Source of the DNA: an uncultured Nitrososphaerales archaeon | GTDB lineage: Archaea > Thermoproteota > Nitrososphaeria > Nitrososphaerales > Nitrososphaeraceae | NCBI GenBank assembly: GCA_963713605.1 | Contig: CAVQMO010000001.1 | Location: 1,100,802 to 1,164,801 of the forward strand | DNA length: 64,000 nucleotides | Direction: 5' to 3' | In this document: piece after piece, positions 46,776 to 58,916 of the stretch | How the letters are laid out: each line of letters opens with the position of its first letter | Position numbering within the stretch: the stretch's first letter is position 1 | Position numbers and translations under genes: made by a program | Notes under the pieces: model-generated | What the model was told of the DNA's origin: nothing | The model's input: the letters and a program-made list of their open reading frames with translations, nothing else | The model's database searches: none

Positions 46776-47223
46776 AGAGGGTACTATTTTGGGATTGATC
46801 TGTTTAAAGTCGCGGTAAATGGAGACGAATTTGAAGGAAGAGGTACACCTCACCCTGCCGAATTTAGTTGCCCTGAGTCGGTTTGGAGTTCCGTTTCCTG
46901 ACGAATTGATAGTGGAGAATGCTGACCTTGGGTGTACGAGCCTGCGAAGAGAGGCAGCAGGAGTAGAATGCATAGCGGGACTTAAATCCTCACTATTAGC
47001 TGTTACGAGTTCCAAAGATTTGATAGACGACATAATAAAATAAAATATTTTGCGACATGAATGCTGCCAGAGGCAATTAAGACACGGAAGGAACTATAAT
47101 TATCCAGTTAACTCCCAAATTTTATAGTATAGTTTTGATAGTAATCAGAGATAGATTATATTTCTCATACCACATCCTTGATGCCTTAATACAATTCTGA
47201 AAATATCTGTAAAAGAAAAAGAG

Positions 47224-47427
47224 TTAGCGCAAGGCTAGTCGTTCATCATGAGACCATGTGCGTTTAGATGGCATAATCTTCTTCTCGGTAGATGACACGT
47301 TCCACCACGCAACAAGACCTGTACACCTGCGGCATCGAAGCTTTATTGTAGAAGCTTCTATCTTGAATTCAAACATGTTGGGATCGGTTATATCGTGGTT
47401 ACATTTGCAAATTTTATTTCGTGGCAT
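47224..47427 (-). CDS. Small zinc-ribbon protein
   Basis: CKCNH and CRRC. Confidence 0.65.
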   Translation of the reverse strand: MPRNKICKCNHDITDPNMFEFKIEASTIKLRCRRCTGLVAWWNVSSTEKKIMPSKRTWSHDERLALR

Positions 47428-47754
47428 ATTTTTTATTAATTGTATATTCTCAAAAAAGAGGTAATACGTGATCGGATAAATTTGGCTGTCAAAATACTAT
47501 ATACTTAACTTCTTGTGGCCTATGGTTGCCTAATGTAATAGCACGGATATGGGTATCTCTTCAACTATCAGGTCCTTTGCTCTAAGTCGAGCGCACGACG
47601 GTAGGGTCTTTCATTAGCTGGATAATCCCTAGCTGCTCTACGCTTATTTGATATTAAATAGAAGGTTAACCGCATCATTTATAATGATATAGATTTAGTT
47701 AGAAAAAATAAAAAAAGAAGTTACTTTCGGTGTTTCGGAGAATTCTATAATATG

Positions 47755-48025
47755 TTACTTAGCATCGTTACCATCGTTGCCGAGCGATGGAAATGCTTGA
47801 GCTGCTCCTAACGACACTACGTTCTCCTCACCTTGAACCTGTGAATCAACATTCTGACATCCAACGTTCAAAGGTAGCTCACCATTTCCACAAGCATTTG
47901 CTTGTGAGATTGCTTGGTTCTTACCCTTGTATTTGGTTGCTAACGCACTGTCGGCTGTTATTGTTGTTGCTCCCACTAACGTGGCTCGCTATTACTGCTA
48001 CCATTGCGATATATTTGAAGTTCAT
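47755..48025 (-). CDS. Small secreted Cys-pair peptide P3 (+1 frameshift near 47987)
   Basis: MNFKYIAMVAVIA/ATLVGATTITADSALA then NQAISQANACGNGELPLNVGCQNVDSQVQGEENVVSLGAAQ. Confidence 0.88.
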
Positions 48026-48117
48026 GTTTCTGTTACTTAGAAGGCATGTGATGCTTATGTGAGTTAAGCAAATTCGAACACTTACTTAAATCTGATATTT
48101 ATTCTATTAGAACGATA

Positions 48118-48412
48118 TCAGACGTTGGTCGAAAGATTCTCGTACTATACACAGGTGCTGGATTACAGGCTATGTCAAATATGTTAGAACCTAGTTTATG
48201 CTTACCACGAAACCATTAGGAAAAGGCGCTACAAAGTTTTCTACGAATACGAAGGACGTAGCTAAAAAGTGTAGAACCTAAGTCTAGATTTTCAGAGAGT
48301 TACCACACTATCAGGATTCCATCCTAGGGCGTTGCTTGCTGAGTTATATGTCAGAAGTAACCCTTTTCATAAAATTCTCATTTGGTTTTGTTGATGTAAT
48401 GCTATTATCTGC
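48118..48412 (-). pseudogene. Orphan, decayed C-terminal tip cassette of the fibre family
   Basis: Reads ADNSITSTKPNENFMKRVT...LGWNPD...VFVENFVAPFP...ENLSTNV-stop, matching tips at 53491 and 54857, with internal deletions. Confidence 0.88.
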
Positions 48413-48697
48413 TCAGACATTCAGAAAATAGTTGATAATACATTTGTTCTTTCAAGAATAATTAAATATTCTAAATCCAATATTAGGATTTGAATTAAGT
48501 TCTAGTTTCGCTGTCATAGCGGAAGCAATTGATTATATCTCAATAAACAAGTAAGCTCAAAAAAGAAAAATACTGCGGTTAATAAAGGTTGAACTAATCA
48601 TAAAGAAGTGGCTCCAATGAAACTTACATAATATGAGTAAAATGCCAAAACCGTAATATTATCTAAATTATCGTACCACTGTGTCAGGGGAACGGAA

Positions 48698-49192
48698 TCA
48701 ATGAGGGTCCATCGGAGGAATCGTCTCCCCCATTATCCGAATCCACAGTATCACTCTCTTCTCCATCATCAGAGTCTTGCACCAGGCTATCACTATTCTC
48801 ATTCTCATCATTATTGTTACTATATCACTGTCACTTTCTCCTGAACTAGTCGTAGCGGGGTTATCATTCGGAACCGTGCCGCCGAGATCCTCTTCCGTTG
48901 GGGAGATATCTGGGAGCATTAACGGGGTCCCGGAGTTCTCTGTAACTGAATCACCAGTCGATTCAGTGTCAGTGGAGGGTGAGGAAGATGATGAGGAAGA
49001 TGATAGTTTTGATGGCCCTGTTGTAACTTCGCAATCACTCGCATTGTCAAAGCGGTCGCACAATAGGGTGCTAGCATACAGCTGACCTGTCATCAGGCTT
49101 GTGACCAAAAGCAAAGTAAAAACGGAAAACAGGCTAAAGGCTAACAGAATTCTAGTAAGAGAGCCTTCCTTATAGCCAGGAAAATAGCGCAT
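48698..49192 (-). CDS. Secreted Ser/Asp/Glu-rich low-complexity protein; 3' part frameshifted
   Basis: Signal peptide, Cys pair, TPLMLPDISP, acidic tail in another frame. Confidence 0.65.
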   Translation of the reverse strand: MRYFPGYKEGSLTRILLAFSLFSVFTLLLVTSLMTGQLYASTLLCDRFDNASDCEVTTGPSKLSSSSSSSSPSTDTESTGDSVTENSGTPLMLPDISPTEEDLGGTVPNDNPATTSSGESDSDIVTIMMRMRIVIAWCKTLMMEKRVILWIRIMGETIPPMDPH

Positions 49193-49352
49193 ATCCTTTC
49201 ATTTGTTTACGTTGACTTGGGATATATGGGTTTATGTGAAAGAATGCCAGAAAATCCCACCTTGGTGACACTCACACTACGACTTACTCTAGGCGGTAAA
49301 TATCTGACTGCACCAATTTTCAATTAGGCATATTGCGCAAAAGTGCGGTTTA

Positions 49353-49952
49353 TTATTCTATTATTTGTCCAACCCTGAGATTTACAGTGACGGGATTAGA
49401 TATGGACACTAATTTTCCTGGTCCGGTAATTGTTGTCGTTGCAGTTACGTCCTTGATCTTCTCATCGAGAAATGTCGTTGCAAGTTGTATTGTACCGCTC
49501 TTATTGGCTATCAGTGGTTCCGAAAAAGAAGATATCTTAAGCAGTGATTGGTTCGCACTATGAACTTCCATTACTGCATTTATAGGTTTGTTGATAAGAG
49601 ATGGATCATTCACCGTATAATTCAAAAGTAATTTAACTTGATTTCCAGGGCTGTTCGTCAGTGGAATAAAGTGCGCATAGTCTAGTTCTTGAGAAATTCT
49701 TTTGGAGGCTGAAGATGTCTGTTGTGCTGGTACCTCTTCAGGCGTAACTTCAGGCTCTTCTTCGGTCTCAGTCTCAGGTCCTACTTGCGCATCCTCATCC
49801 GTTCCTGGGCTGATAGTTACTTGTGCATTAATTTGGCGTTCTGAGTAAGCTGCAAGCAACAAAATGAATACAAAGGATATGAAAGTAACTGGAAATAATG
49901 AATTTCTCGATTTGTTACTTATTGATGACAAGATGACCCGTATTAGGTTCAT
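49353..49952 (-). CDS. Secreted hypothetical protein
   Basis: Signal peptide, acidic linker, beta-rich domain (HFIPLT..GNQVKLLLNY). Confidence 0.75.
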   Translation of the reverse strand: MNLIRVILSSISNKSRNSLFPVTFISFVFILLLAAYSERQINAQVTISPGTDEDAQVGPETETEEEPEVTPEEVPAQQTSSASKRISQELDYAHFIPLTNSPGNQVKLLLNYTVNDPSLINKPINAVMEVHSANQSLLKISSFSEPLIANKSGTIQLATTFLDEKIKDVTATTTITGPGKLVSISNPVTVNLRVGQIIE

Positions 49953-50200
49953 TAAGCGTTAAATAGATTGCTCTTTTCTTTTGAATGCAAAACAAAATTA
50001 GAGAACACACAGGTCAAATTAGGATCATAAAATACAACTCCTCACCATTTGATCTCCTGACCTAAACTTCAAGCGAATTTGTAATGAACCGTGTCAATCT
50101 TCTCAAAAGACTAGCTCTCCTGTATTCGTCGTTATGAAAGCAAGTTCTATATTTTGTTGGCATAAAAGGTTATTAGATATTATGAAGCTCCTATACGAAG

Positions 50201-50914
50201 ATGACAAAAACTAGTAAAATGTATCAACGTTTAACAAAGTGCAGGACTTTTTTCAGTGTCGTATTGCTCTCAGTGATTTTCCTGGGATTCATAGCACCCA
50301 ATCTGGTAGCTGCGCAACAGCAAACTACAGTTGGACCGGGTAACGGGACAACTACAGGAAACACTACGTCAGGTCTTACTTCACAGTCCCCGTCTCAAAC
50401 ACTGGGACAAGCACAGCCTGGTAACGATAGTACTCCAATTGAGACTAAGTTGGAACCTAATGTGGATCAGCCTTTTGTCTGGAGAGGCCTTATTACGTCA
50501 AAGATAGACGGTTTGCCATCGCCTGAAAATGATGTACAGTCGGCTGTTATTCTTCCGTTACGTGACGATAATGGCATATACGCTGGAACACTGACTTATC
50601 AGGCTAATTCGCCAGTTGACGTAACCGTTTGGAACGATGTAGCACCAGGAATCTCAACAGCTATTCCGGAGGATTTGGGAGAAATTGAAGATATAGGGGT
50701 CGTAGAAAATAAGACGGTTATTCCGACAGTTGTAACTTCCGGAACTTCAGGTTCTGTTCCATTTCTAGGAAATGCACTAGAATTACGTGGGGATGATGAG
50801 ACGCCATTTGTTGCAACATACGCTATTAGCGCCAATGCAGCAAATCCAGAGCGAATTAGTAATTTGACAAACACAGGCAATGTGACGGGTGAGGTTGAAG
50901 AACAGGATGAGTAA
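50201..50914 (+). CDS. Secreted protein, paralog of 37286 and 51083
   Basis: ILPLRDDNGIYAGTLTYQANSPV; GSVPFLGNAL. Confidence 0.8.
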   Translation: MTKTSKMYQRLTKCRTFFSVVLLSVIFLGFIAPNLVAAQQQTTVGPGNGTTTGNTTSGLTSQSPSQTLGQAQPGNDSTPIETKLEPNVDQPFVWRGLITSKIDGLPSPENDVQSAVILPLRDDNGIYAGTLTYQANSPVDVTVWNDVAPGISTAIPEDLGEIEDIGVVENKTVIPTVVTSGTSGSVPFLGNALELRGDDETPFVATYAISANAANPERISNLTNTGNVTGEVEEQDE

Positions 50915-51082
50915 TAGTGGGCGGTAGTTCACCCTCTTAACCCTTAGTTAGAATTCAAACTAATTAAAATTTTTATCATCATTTGTTTATTACATGGTAT
51001 TTAAATCACTTGGACTGACTTCCCCTAAGAATATCGCGTACCGGACTTTAATAAGAGTTAAATTAAGCGATGAAGGGTTTGA

Positions 51083-51808
51083 GTGATGATGGAAGACTTT
51101 AGAAGGATCAAAGTCCTTGTTATGGGTTCATGTGTCATATTGTGCCTCGCATTTGCAGTTTTTGGTACTCTCCCCGTTCAAAATCCACTCGAGGTGGTAC
51201 GAGCACAGGGGCAGCAAGAACAAGAAACATTCCCCGAATCAGCTATTCCAACTGCAAATGAGACATCATCAGGAAGTCAAGAGCAACAGCAAGACGGTAT
51301 GGCGGATCCCGCCTTAAATAATAGTTTTGTACGGCAAGGCCAAATTTCATCTCAACTGGTTCAGCTTAGAGAGGGAGAGCCGACTCAATCGGCAGTAGTC
51401 CTGCCTTTAAGGGAAGACGGAGCAATGTATTCAGGCATTATCACCTACCAAGCTTCAAGACCAGTTGACGCCGTTGTATTAAATCTGTTGAATCCCGGCA
51501 ACAGAACAGCAATTCCAGCGGAATTTGGAGCTTTAGACGACATCATAAGAATGAACGGAGAGCTCGTTTCTATAAATCAAATTGGGACTGGCGAAGCTGG
51601 TTCATTTCCTTTTGCAGGTAACGCTATTGGATTTATATCAGAAGATGGGCCGTTCATAGCATCTTACTCTCTAAGCGGAGTGCCAGAGCAAGGAAGAATA
51701 GTCAACGACATTTCAAGTATGCTCGACTTTAATGCAACTTCTTCCGGAGAGCCTCAAGATGAAGAAGGAGGAGATGAGGAAGAAGGAGATGAAGAAGAAG
51801 GGGAGTAG
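51083..51808 (+). CDS. Secreted protein, paralog of 37286 and 50201
   Basis: VLPLREDGAMYSGIITYQASRPV; GSFPFAGNAI; acidic tail. Confidence 0.8.
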   Translation: MMMEDFRRIKVLVMGSCVILCLAFAVFGTLPVQNPLEVVRAQGQQEQETFPESAIPTANETSSGSQEQQQDGMADPALNNSFVRQGQISSQLVQLREGEPTQSAVVLPLREDGAMYSGIITYQASRPVDAVVLNLLNPGNRTAIPAEFGALDDIIRMNGELVSINQIGTGEAGSFPFAGNAIGFISEDGPFIASYSLSGVPEQGRIVNDISSMLDFNATSSGEPQDEEGGDEEEGDEEEGE

Positions 51809-52429
51809 GATGATCCTCAAATTCGAATCCTTTTTATCTTTTTGCAAATGAATGCTGGCTCTTTTCTCTACACTAAATCAGCGTATTGAAGGTTCGAGCT
51901 AGATTTTCTATGAACTACGCCGTGAGGCAATACCCCACTTGGACTGAGCCTTCTTTCTACTACTTTTATATAATATTCTGCATCATAGTCTACTTCGAAT
52001 ATAACTTTTTAATCCCACCAGTACTATTATTTTGAATTCATCCTAACTGAGACCTAAAAAAGTATGGGTATTTGATATTGGGGTGACGGAGTTAACGACC
52101 ATTTTTCTCGCTGTCAGGGACCTTGATATGCAACAACTGCATTACAATGCGGCGACATGTATTGCCTAGCGGCATTCAATAACCCCGGAGAAATGGTGTT
52201 TGATTATCAAGTTGCACTAGCCAACTGAACTGAGCTCTACTTCAAGGCAAGGTTCCCAACCTTCCTTCACAGGAATCTGATCTGATCCATATAAAGAATA
52301 TAGACTGGATTCAAACTTACACAAATCGATAACTAAATTAATTTATACCATTATTGGGTTAGAAGTTGTGGTTTATTCCCATAAAATGTTCTAAAAATAT
52401 AATAAGCTCATACATTAGTTAACTTTACG

Positions 52430-53230
52430 CTGAAACATTCAAACTTTTCAGTCCTAATACTAAGCCTAGGTTTAGTATTTTTCTTGCTAAGTTCACTAAT
52501 GGTCTATTCCATTACAGAAGACAACAAAGACGTACTGGCCTCTTCCGAAGGTGAAGAAGAAGGAGCAGGTGATGAAGGAGAAGAGCAACTGCAGAATAGA
52601 ATCGAGGAGGAAGAGGAGGGGAATTCAATAGCTGAAGATTTCCTGGAAGGAGTGCAAACATTGGAGGAAGAATCAACTCTTGTCTTGTTCCGAAGAGGAA
52701 GTACTAAAATCCTGAAACCGGAGAATGTGAAGAGTCTAACTTACAAGAGGAAGTCGTCGTAAACGAGGTTTGTAACAATCAAGAGGATGACGATTTAGAC
52801 GGGGATGTTGACTTGGCGGATATTGATTGTTTACCAGTATCCACCGATGCCACCGACTTTACTAGCCAAGAACAAATCAAGTCACCATCACAACCCTCTT
52901 TGCCTGCTTAGTCCTGCTCCCGATGACCTGGCCTCTTCCGAAGGTGAAGAAGAAGTGGCAGGAGATGGAGGAGAAGAGCAACAGCGGGTTGGAATCGAGG
53001 AGGAGGCGGAGCAAGATTCAATAGTTGAAGATTTTCTGGAAGGAGTTCCATCCTCATCCGATGAACATGATTTGTGTTCAAGAGCGTCTGCGCAGCTCCC
53101 ATTGAGAGATATACCTCTACCTCCTCAATGCATCCCAGGGCAAGGTAGTAGTACACTTACACCAATAGATTCTCAACTGCAATAACAGACAGTACTTCCA
53201 CCAATATCAATACCACCTATATAACCATAA
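52430..53230 (+). CDS. Secreted acidic protein with internal duplication and a Cys/Asp metal-binding-like motif (frameshifted; ends approximate)
   Basis: LASSEGEEE.AGD.GEEQ...EDFLEGV occurs twice; EVCNNQEDDDLDGDVDLADIDC at about 52765-52830. Confidence 0.65.
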
Positions 53231-53490
53231 CCAACAGATACTGGAAAGGGTACTAACGAAAATACTCCGTCGAACCCGTCGACAAGTCTACAAAATCTGG
53301 ATCGGTGTTATTTTTTTCCAAGTGTAGTATCCGGAATCGCAAGATCGAAATTTTCTCCTTTAACTTCCTTCTTTAATCTTCAGTGAGTCGATAAATTACC
53401 TGTTAGGCTGACGTAAAAATATCACGAAATCAACGGTCAAACTTGGAGTCATCCAAACGTACAACAAGAAAGCCCATAGAGGTTATAAAG

Positions 53491-54538
53491 TTATGAAACA
53501 TTGGCCGGAAGATTCTCGACCATATAGTTAAGCTGGGCCATATTTACCGGAGCTGGATTGCATGCAATATTGAAGACAGGTACATTTATGCTTACGACAC
53601 CACAATTGGGGAAAGGTGCTACAAAGTTTTCTACGAATACGCTGACAAAACTAGAAGTATCAGAGCTAAGAGCCGTCTCCGTTATTGTAAACTGTGTTTT
53701 TACACCATCTGGATTCCATCCAGCATTATTGCCTGCTGTGTTATCTGTCAAAGTAACTCTTTTCATAAAATTTTGATTTGGTTTTGTTAATGTAATGCTG
53801 TTATCTGCAAGCTTTGGATTTGTAATGGCATTATTCGCTATGACATTAGTGCCTATCTGTTTTATAGTATATGCAGAAGATTGTGTTGGACTGTCTATTA
53901 TGGCATTAGCAGCATTTCTGGTTGTTACCGTTACCTTATAGTTAGCGCTTGGGTTCTGTGGATTATTAATATTTGCAAACTCTAGCCTTATCTTTGTACC
54001 TGCAGGTACATTTACAGCATTAGTAACCGTATAGGTTAGAGTCTGTCCAGATTTACTAACAGTTCCAGGTCCTATGCCTTCAGCCTCATTAAAGCTTAGC
54101 ACTAGTTGGTACTGTGGTGCCTACTGGGAATGTGACTTGTATGGTCTTGATTGCGCCTGATGTAGAGGTTACAAATACAATATCATAGAAAGAGTTTGTA
54201 TTTACAAGATTGTTTGTCGTTCTTGCTGAAAGAGAGTTAAGAGCGGCTTGTGTAAAATCTGAACCATCTATGTTAAGCACCGAAGGCAGCATATCTTCGC
54301 TAGGAGTTGATCTACTTAGCGCCTGGTGAATCACATGAGAAGTTGGGTGAGAGTTATTGTTGCTACTACTACCACTGTCTTCCTTATTTGTATTCACTAG
54401 AGATGCAGCCTTTACTTGAAATGGACTTGAAAGCACGAGGACAGGTGAGGAAACAACTATGAACAGGATAGCAAACGTAACTGCAATTCTTAGTCTTTCT
54501 TTTTTTGTAGAGTTTGACCTTAGTATCAGAGCGAGCAA
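53491..54538 (-). CDS. Fibre-family paralog A: signal, conserved core, 2 shaft repeats, tip type 1 (frameshift near 54097)
   Basis: ORFs 54089..54538 and 53491..54102 join; core SLSARTTNN...TFPVGT...VPAGTKIRLEFANINNP. Confidence 0.88.
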
Positions 54539-54856
54539 AATATTAAAGGTGTATCAGTTTGTGGGCTTATTTGGATTTAGAATCATTGGGTGCCAACATT
54601 TATGTTAGTCTTTTCCCTATACAATCGAAGCGCAATTTAATGTTTATCATTTTATTCCTTCTTTGTATATTTCTTTTTTGTTTAACTTTCTAGTAGCATT
54701 AGGCATTACCTATTGTCGTATCCCGACGTATCTACAAGTCCTATCTGTACGATTATAGGTGTGCAACTGTCATTTCTGTGTCCATGCGGTTTGAGGCAGA
54801 TTCAATAATCTACTCTACTATATAATAAGAATTCCTTGTACTGCAACAACAAGTAT

Positions 54857-56529
54857 CTATTTAACGTTGGCTGGAAGGTTGTCTACTATATAGTTGAGCT
54901 GAGCGCCGTTCAGTGGTGCTGGATTGCATGAAATATTGAAGACAGGTACATTTATGCTTACGACAACACATTTAGAGAAAGGTGCAGCAAAGTTCTCTAC
55001 GAATACTCGTACATAGCTAGAAGTATCGGTCCTCAGATTAGTCTCTGTTATTGCAAATTGCGTTTTAGCTCCATCCGGATTCCATCCCAAGTTGTTGCCG
55101 GCAACGTTATCTGTCAGAGTGGCTCTTTTCATGAAATTTTGATTTGGTTTTGTTGATGTAATGCTGTTATCAGCAAGCTTTGGAGTTGTAATAGCGTTAT
55201 TTGCTAATACATTAGCACCTATCTGCTTTATGGTATAGGCCGTGGATTGAGTGGGACCATCTATAATGTTATTAAAGGTATCTCTCGTTGTGACCGTGAC
55301 CTTATAGTTAGCACTGGGATTAAGTGGATTATTGATATTTGCAAACTCCAATCTAATCTTTGTACCTGCAGGTACATTCACTGGATTGGTAACGGTATAT
55401 GTTAGAGTTTGTCCAGACTTACTAACAGTGCCTGCTCCTATCCCCTCGGCTTCATTGAAGCTTGCACTAGATGGTACAGTAGTGCCAGCTGGGAATGTGA
55501 CTTGGATTGTCTTAATCGTACCTGAGGACCCTGTCAGAAATACGACATCGTAAAAGGAGTTTGTATTAACAATGTTATTAGTAGGTCTATTTGTTAAGGA
55601 GCCAATTTGGCCCTGGACATTACCATAGAGAAAACTTATGCCGGATTTGTCTCCTGTTCCTAATGTCCTCTTTAATGTCTCGCCAGCAGCTCGGCAGGAA
55701 ACATGGTCAAGAGATCATCGTTGACATGGTCCAATCCGACAGCATGCCCCAGTTCATGAGTACCCTATATCTTGGATGTCATATAGATTTCCATTTTGAC
55801 CACAGCTCTCGCTGGTGGCGACAAACCAGCCGTCACCGGTGTCATATGTAATGGAAGCTGAGACAAGCTCTCCAGTTGATGGTATGAAGTGAAAACTTGC
55901 CAGGGCGAGGGTACCACTCTGTCCATCTATGGACTGCCATCTAACTTGAATATCTGCGGAATTTGGATCCATTGTTTGAAGAAATGCTTGGCCCGGCATG
56001 CGAGTATCAAAGTGATTAAATGCGGCCACTACGGCATTGGTTGTCGAAGTCTGAGGGACTCCGCTACTAGCTGGATTTATTGCATAGGTAACTGGGAATT
56101 GCATCCATTTCAAATCTCCCTCATACGTAATGAATTCATTAGATCCATCTCCGCAGTTGTCAGCCGTAATTCTTGGAGAAGGTGGTCCTGCGAAGTCAAA
56201 AATTGTTACATTGATCACCTGCCTTCCTTCATCGTCGATTTGAAGGCGGTACACAGTATCATTTTCTATTTTTATTATTTCATTAGCGTTATCTAAGTTT
56301 CTTAGAGATTCATGGATCGAGTATGGCGATGATGATAAAGAGGATGATAATGATTCCATCGATGGTGCCGTTCTTTCATAATTCCTACTGATCTCACTTG
56401 AACCAAATACCGACTCGTGTTCGATATCCAATCATAAACATTGCAAGTACTAAACAGGTTAAACCTATTACATAGATTAGGGAATACATTGATCTCTTGC
56501 TGGTCAACCAATGCCATTAAGACCGGCAT
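54857..56529 (-). CDS. Fibre-family paralog B: N-terminal matrixin-like protease, core, 2 shaft repeats, tip type 1 (frameshifts; start approximate)
   Basis: After correction reads DIGTHELGHAVGLDH...LTM, then GQIGSLTNRPTNNIVNTNSFY into the core. Confidence 0.85.
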
Positions 56530-56774
56530 CGATTATGTCAATTCTTCAAGAATTAAAATGAATATGGATTAGAGCTTTTCAAATATATCCGGATTCAGTA
56601 TCAATCATACTTTAGAATTATTTATAGTTGAATTGCCAATTGGCTGATTAAGGAACTAAGGCAAGAGCAACTTACCTTAGTAAGCATTTTGTAAAAAGAA
56701 AGTTACAGGAGCCTTCATCGCCATCAGGAGATCTCAGGAGGTAAGTAATACCCATAGTGACATACCATATAGGC

Positions 56775-58657
56775 CTAAGCTGGTAAATTAGTAAACGACG
56801 CTATGTCTGGCCCAAAGGACGTGCCTGGATTATTGCTTAGATTTGTTGTACTTCCAAATGCAGCTCCTTGGTTAGTACTTTTTCTATATAGTATCTCTGA
56901 ATTCCCAGTTGAATCATCAGACCATACAACGTAGACATTATCGCCACCTGGATTTGAAATCTCTGGTCCAAACGAAATCCCTAGATTATTGCTTAGATTT
57001 GTTGTACTCCCAAATGTGGACCCTGAATTAATACTTCTTCGGTACAATATCTCGAAACTTCCAGACGACTCATCATTCCATGCGACATAAACACTATTTC
57101 CGGAGGCAGATATCGTTGGTTCTGTCGAGGCCCCAGCATTGTTGCTTAGATTCTGTACTGCACCAAAGCTGGAGCCAGAATTGACACTCCTTTTATAGAC
57201 AATATCAAACACTCCAGCCGGCGACCCAGTATTATCAGGCCATATTACATATACATTGCTACCTGCGACAATATTGCAGGGCCGTCTGAATCTCCACTGT
57301 TATTGCTTACATTTTGTACTGCCCGAAGAGCTCACTCCTGAATTAATACTCTTTTTGTATAGTATCTCATTATTACCAGAATTGTCGTCAAACCATACCA
57401 CATGTACATTATTACCTAATGCTGTTATATCCGGACCCTGAGAAAATCCTGGATTATTACTGAGATTTATCGTACTTCCAAATGTTAATCCCCCGTCAGT
57501 ACTCCTTTTGAAGAGTATCTCGTTATTTCCTGCAATATCATTTTGCCATATGACATAAACATTATTCCCTGAAGATGCGATCGCCGGTTGATCGGAAAAG
57601 CCTGGATTATTACTTAGATTTATCGTACTTCCAAATGTTAATCCCCCGTCATACTCCTTTTGAAGAGTATCTCGTTATTTCCAAATTGGTCATCTTGCCA
57701 TACAACGTAAACATTATTATTGACTGTAGATACTGCTGCATTTGCAGATGTTCCAGCATTTTGGCTGAGATCTTCTGCACGATCGAACGACACTGTCTTT
57801 CTCTTGTAGAATATGTCACTCCCTGGAGTTGTACCTGTCATCCCAAACAGCATAGACAGAATCTAAAGATAGTTTAGGATCTGTTATTGCCTTATTTGCT
57901 ATTCCATTAGGGCCTATCTGTTCCATTAAATATCCAGTAGATTGCGTAGGTCCATCTATTATAGCATTAGCTCGAACTTCTAGTTGTGACAGTAACCTTA
58001 TAGCTGTGGTTTGGTGCAATTGGATTAACTATATTAGCAAACTCTAACCTTATCTTTGTACCTGCTGGTACGTTGACAGCATTGGTTACTGCATAAGTTA
58101 ACGTTTGGCCAGATTTGCTTACGGTACCTGGGCCTATCCCTTCTGCTTCATTAAAACTAGCACTAAATGGTACACCAGTACCAGCAGGAAAAGTTACTTG
58201 TATCTTCTTGATCGATCCCGGAGTAGTAGTTACAAATACGATATCGTAGAAAGCCTTTCTGTGCACGATATCATTAGTAGGTCTTGCTGAAGGAGAACCA
58301 ACAGCCGCTTGAGTGGGAAATTCTTTGTTATTGTTGACAGCATCAGTAGATTTTGACGACGGGGCAGATGTTGTAGCCGTAGGTGAAGGTGATAGTGATG
58401 AAGATAAGTCTGATACAGGAGTATTAGCATGATAACCACTTGAATCACCTCTACTATTTTTTTCTTGTAATTGTGCTAATGCATCTGCAATAAGTCACCA
58501 TTTCTCTATTCTGAATGTTTGATAAAATAGTTGGATAAATGCTAGACGATATGATTAAAAACATTGGTACAAGCATAAGTACAAAGACAGAGTGATTAGA
58601 GTATATTCTTCCTAATCTCTTAATCCCAGTTAATCCAAACAATACCTATTTCTGCAT
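56775..58657 (-). CDS. Fibre-family paralog C: core, 1 shaft repeat, BNR/sialidase-like beta-propeller tip (frameshifts; start approximate)
   Basis: Core in 57967..58266, then IANKAITDPKLSLD and about six VYVVW.D...GN.EIL.KRS...G.TFGST.NLSNN.G.S..P blades. Confidence 0.85.
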
Positions 58658-58916
58658 TACAAAAAAGTATCTGATATTATCTGCATTTGGTTACTCTAGG
58701 ATACCCATTTTATATCATATTTCCTCTATATAATAAGGCCATTGAATTGGAGGGTATAAGATATCAATAAGAATCCTTAATATGCAAGCTTTCACCGCGT
58801 CAGCAGACTAATCATCAATTCTATGAGGCTCCGACTTACAAGAATGGGAAGATGATGATATCCGATGATAATAAAAATAAAAGGGAAGTAGGCCTTATTA
58901 GTGATTCAGAGTTATT

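Noticed and set aside
52170..52245. tRNA-like sequence (CACTAGCCAACTGAACTGAGCT); weaker hints near 51890 and 31015
   Set aside because: Could not fold a cloverleaf; at most decayed fragments. tRNAscan-SE would settle it.
48118..55180. Diversity-generating retroelement (48.1-kb cassette as template repeat for tips A/B)
   Set aside because: No reverse transcriptase in the window; differences are not adenine-specific by eye and include deletions.
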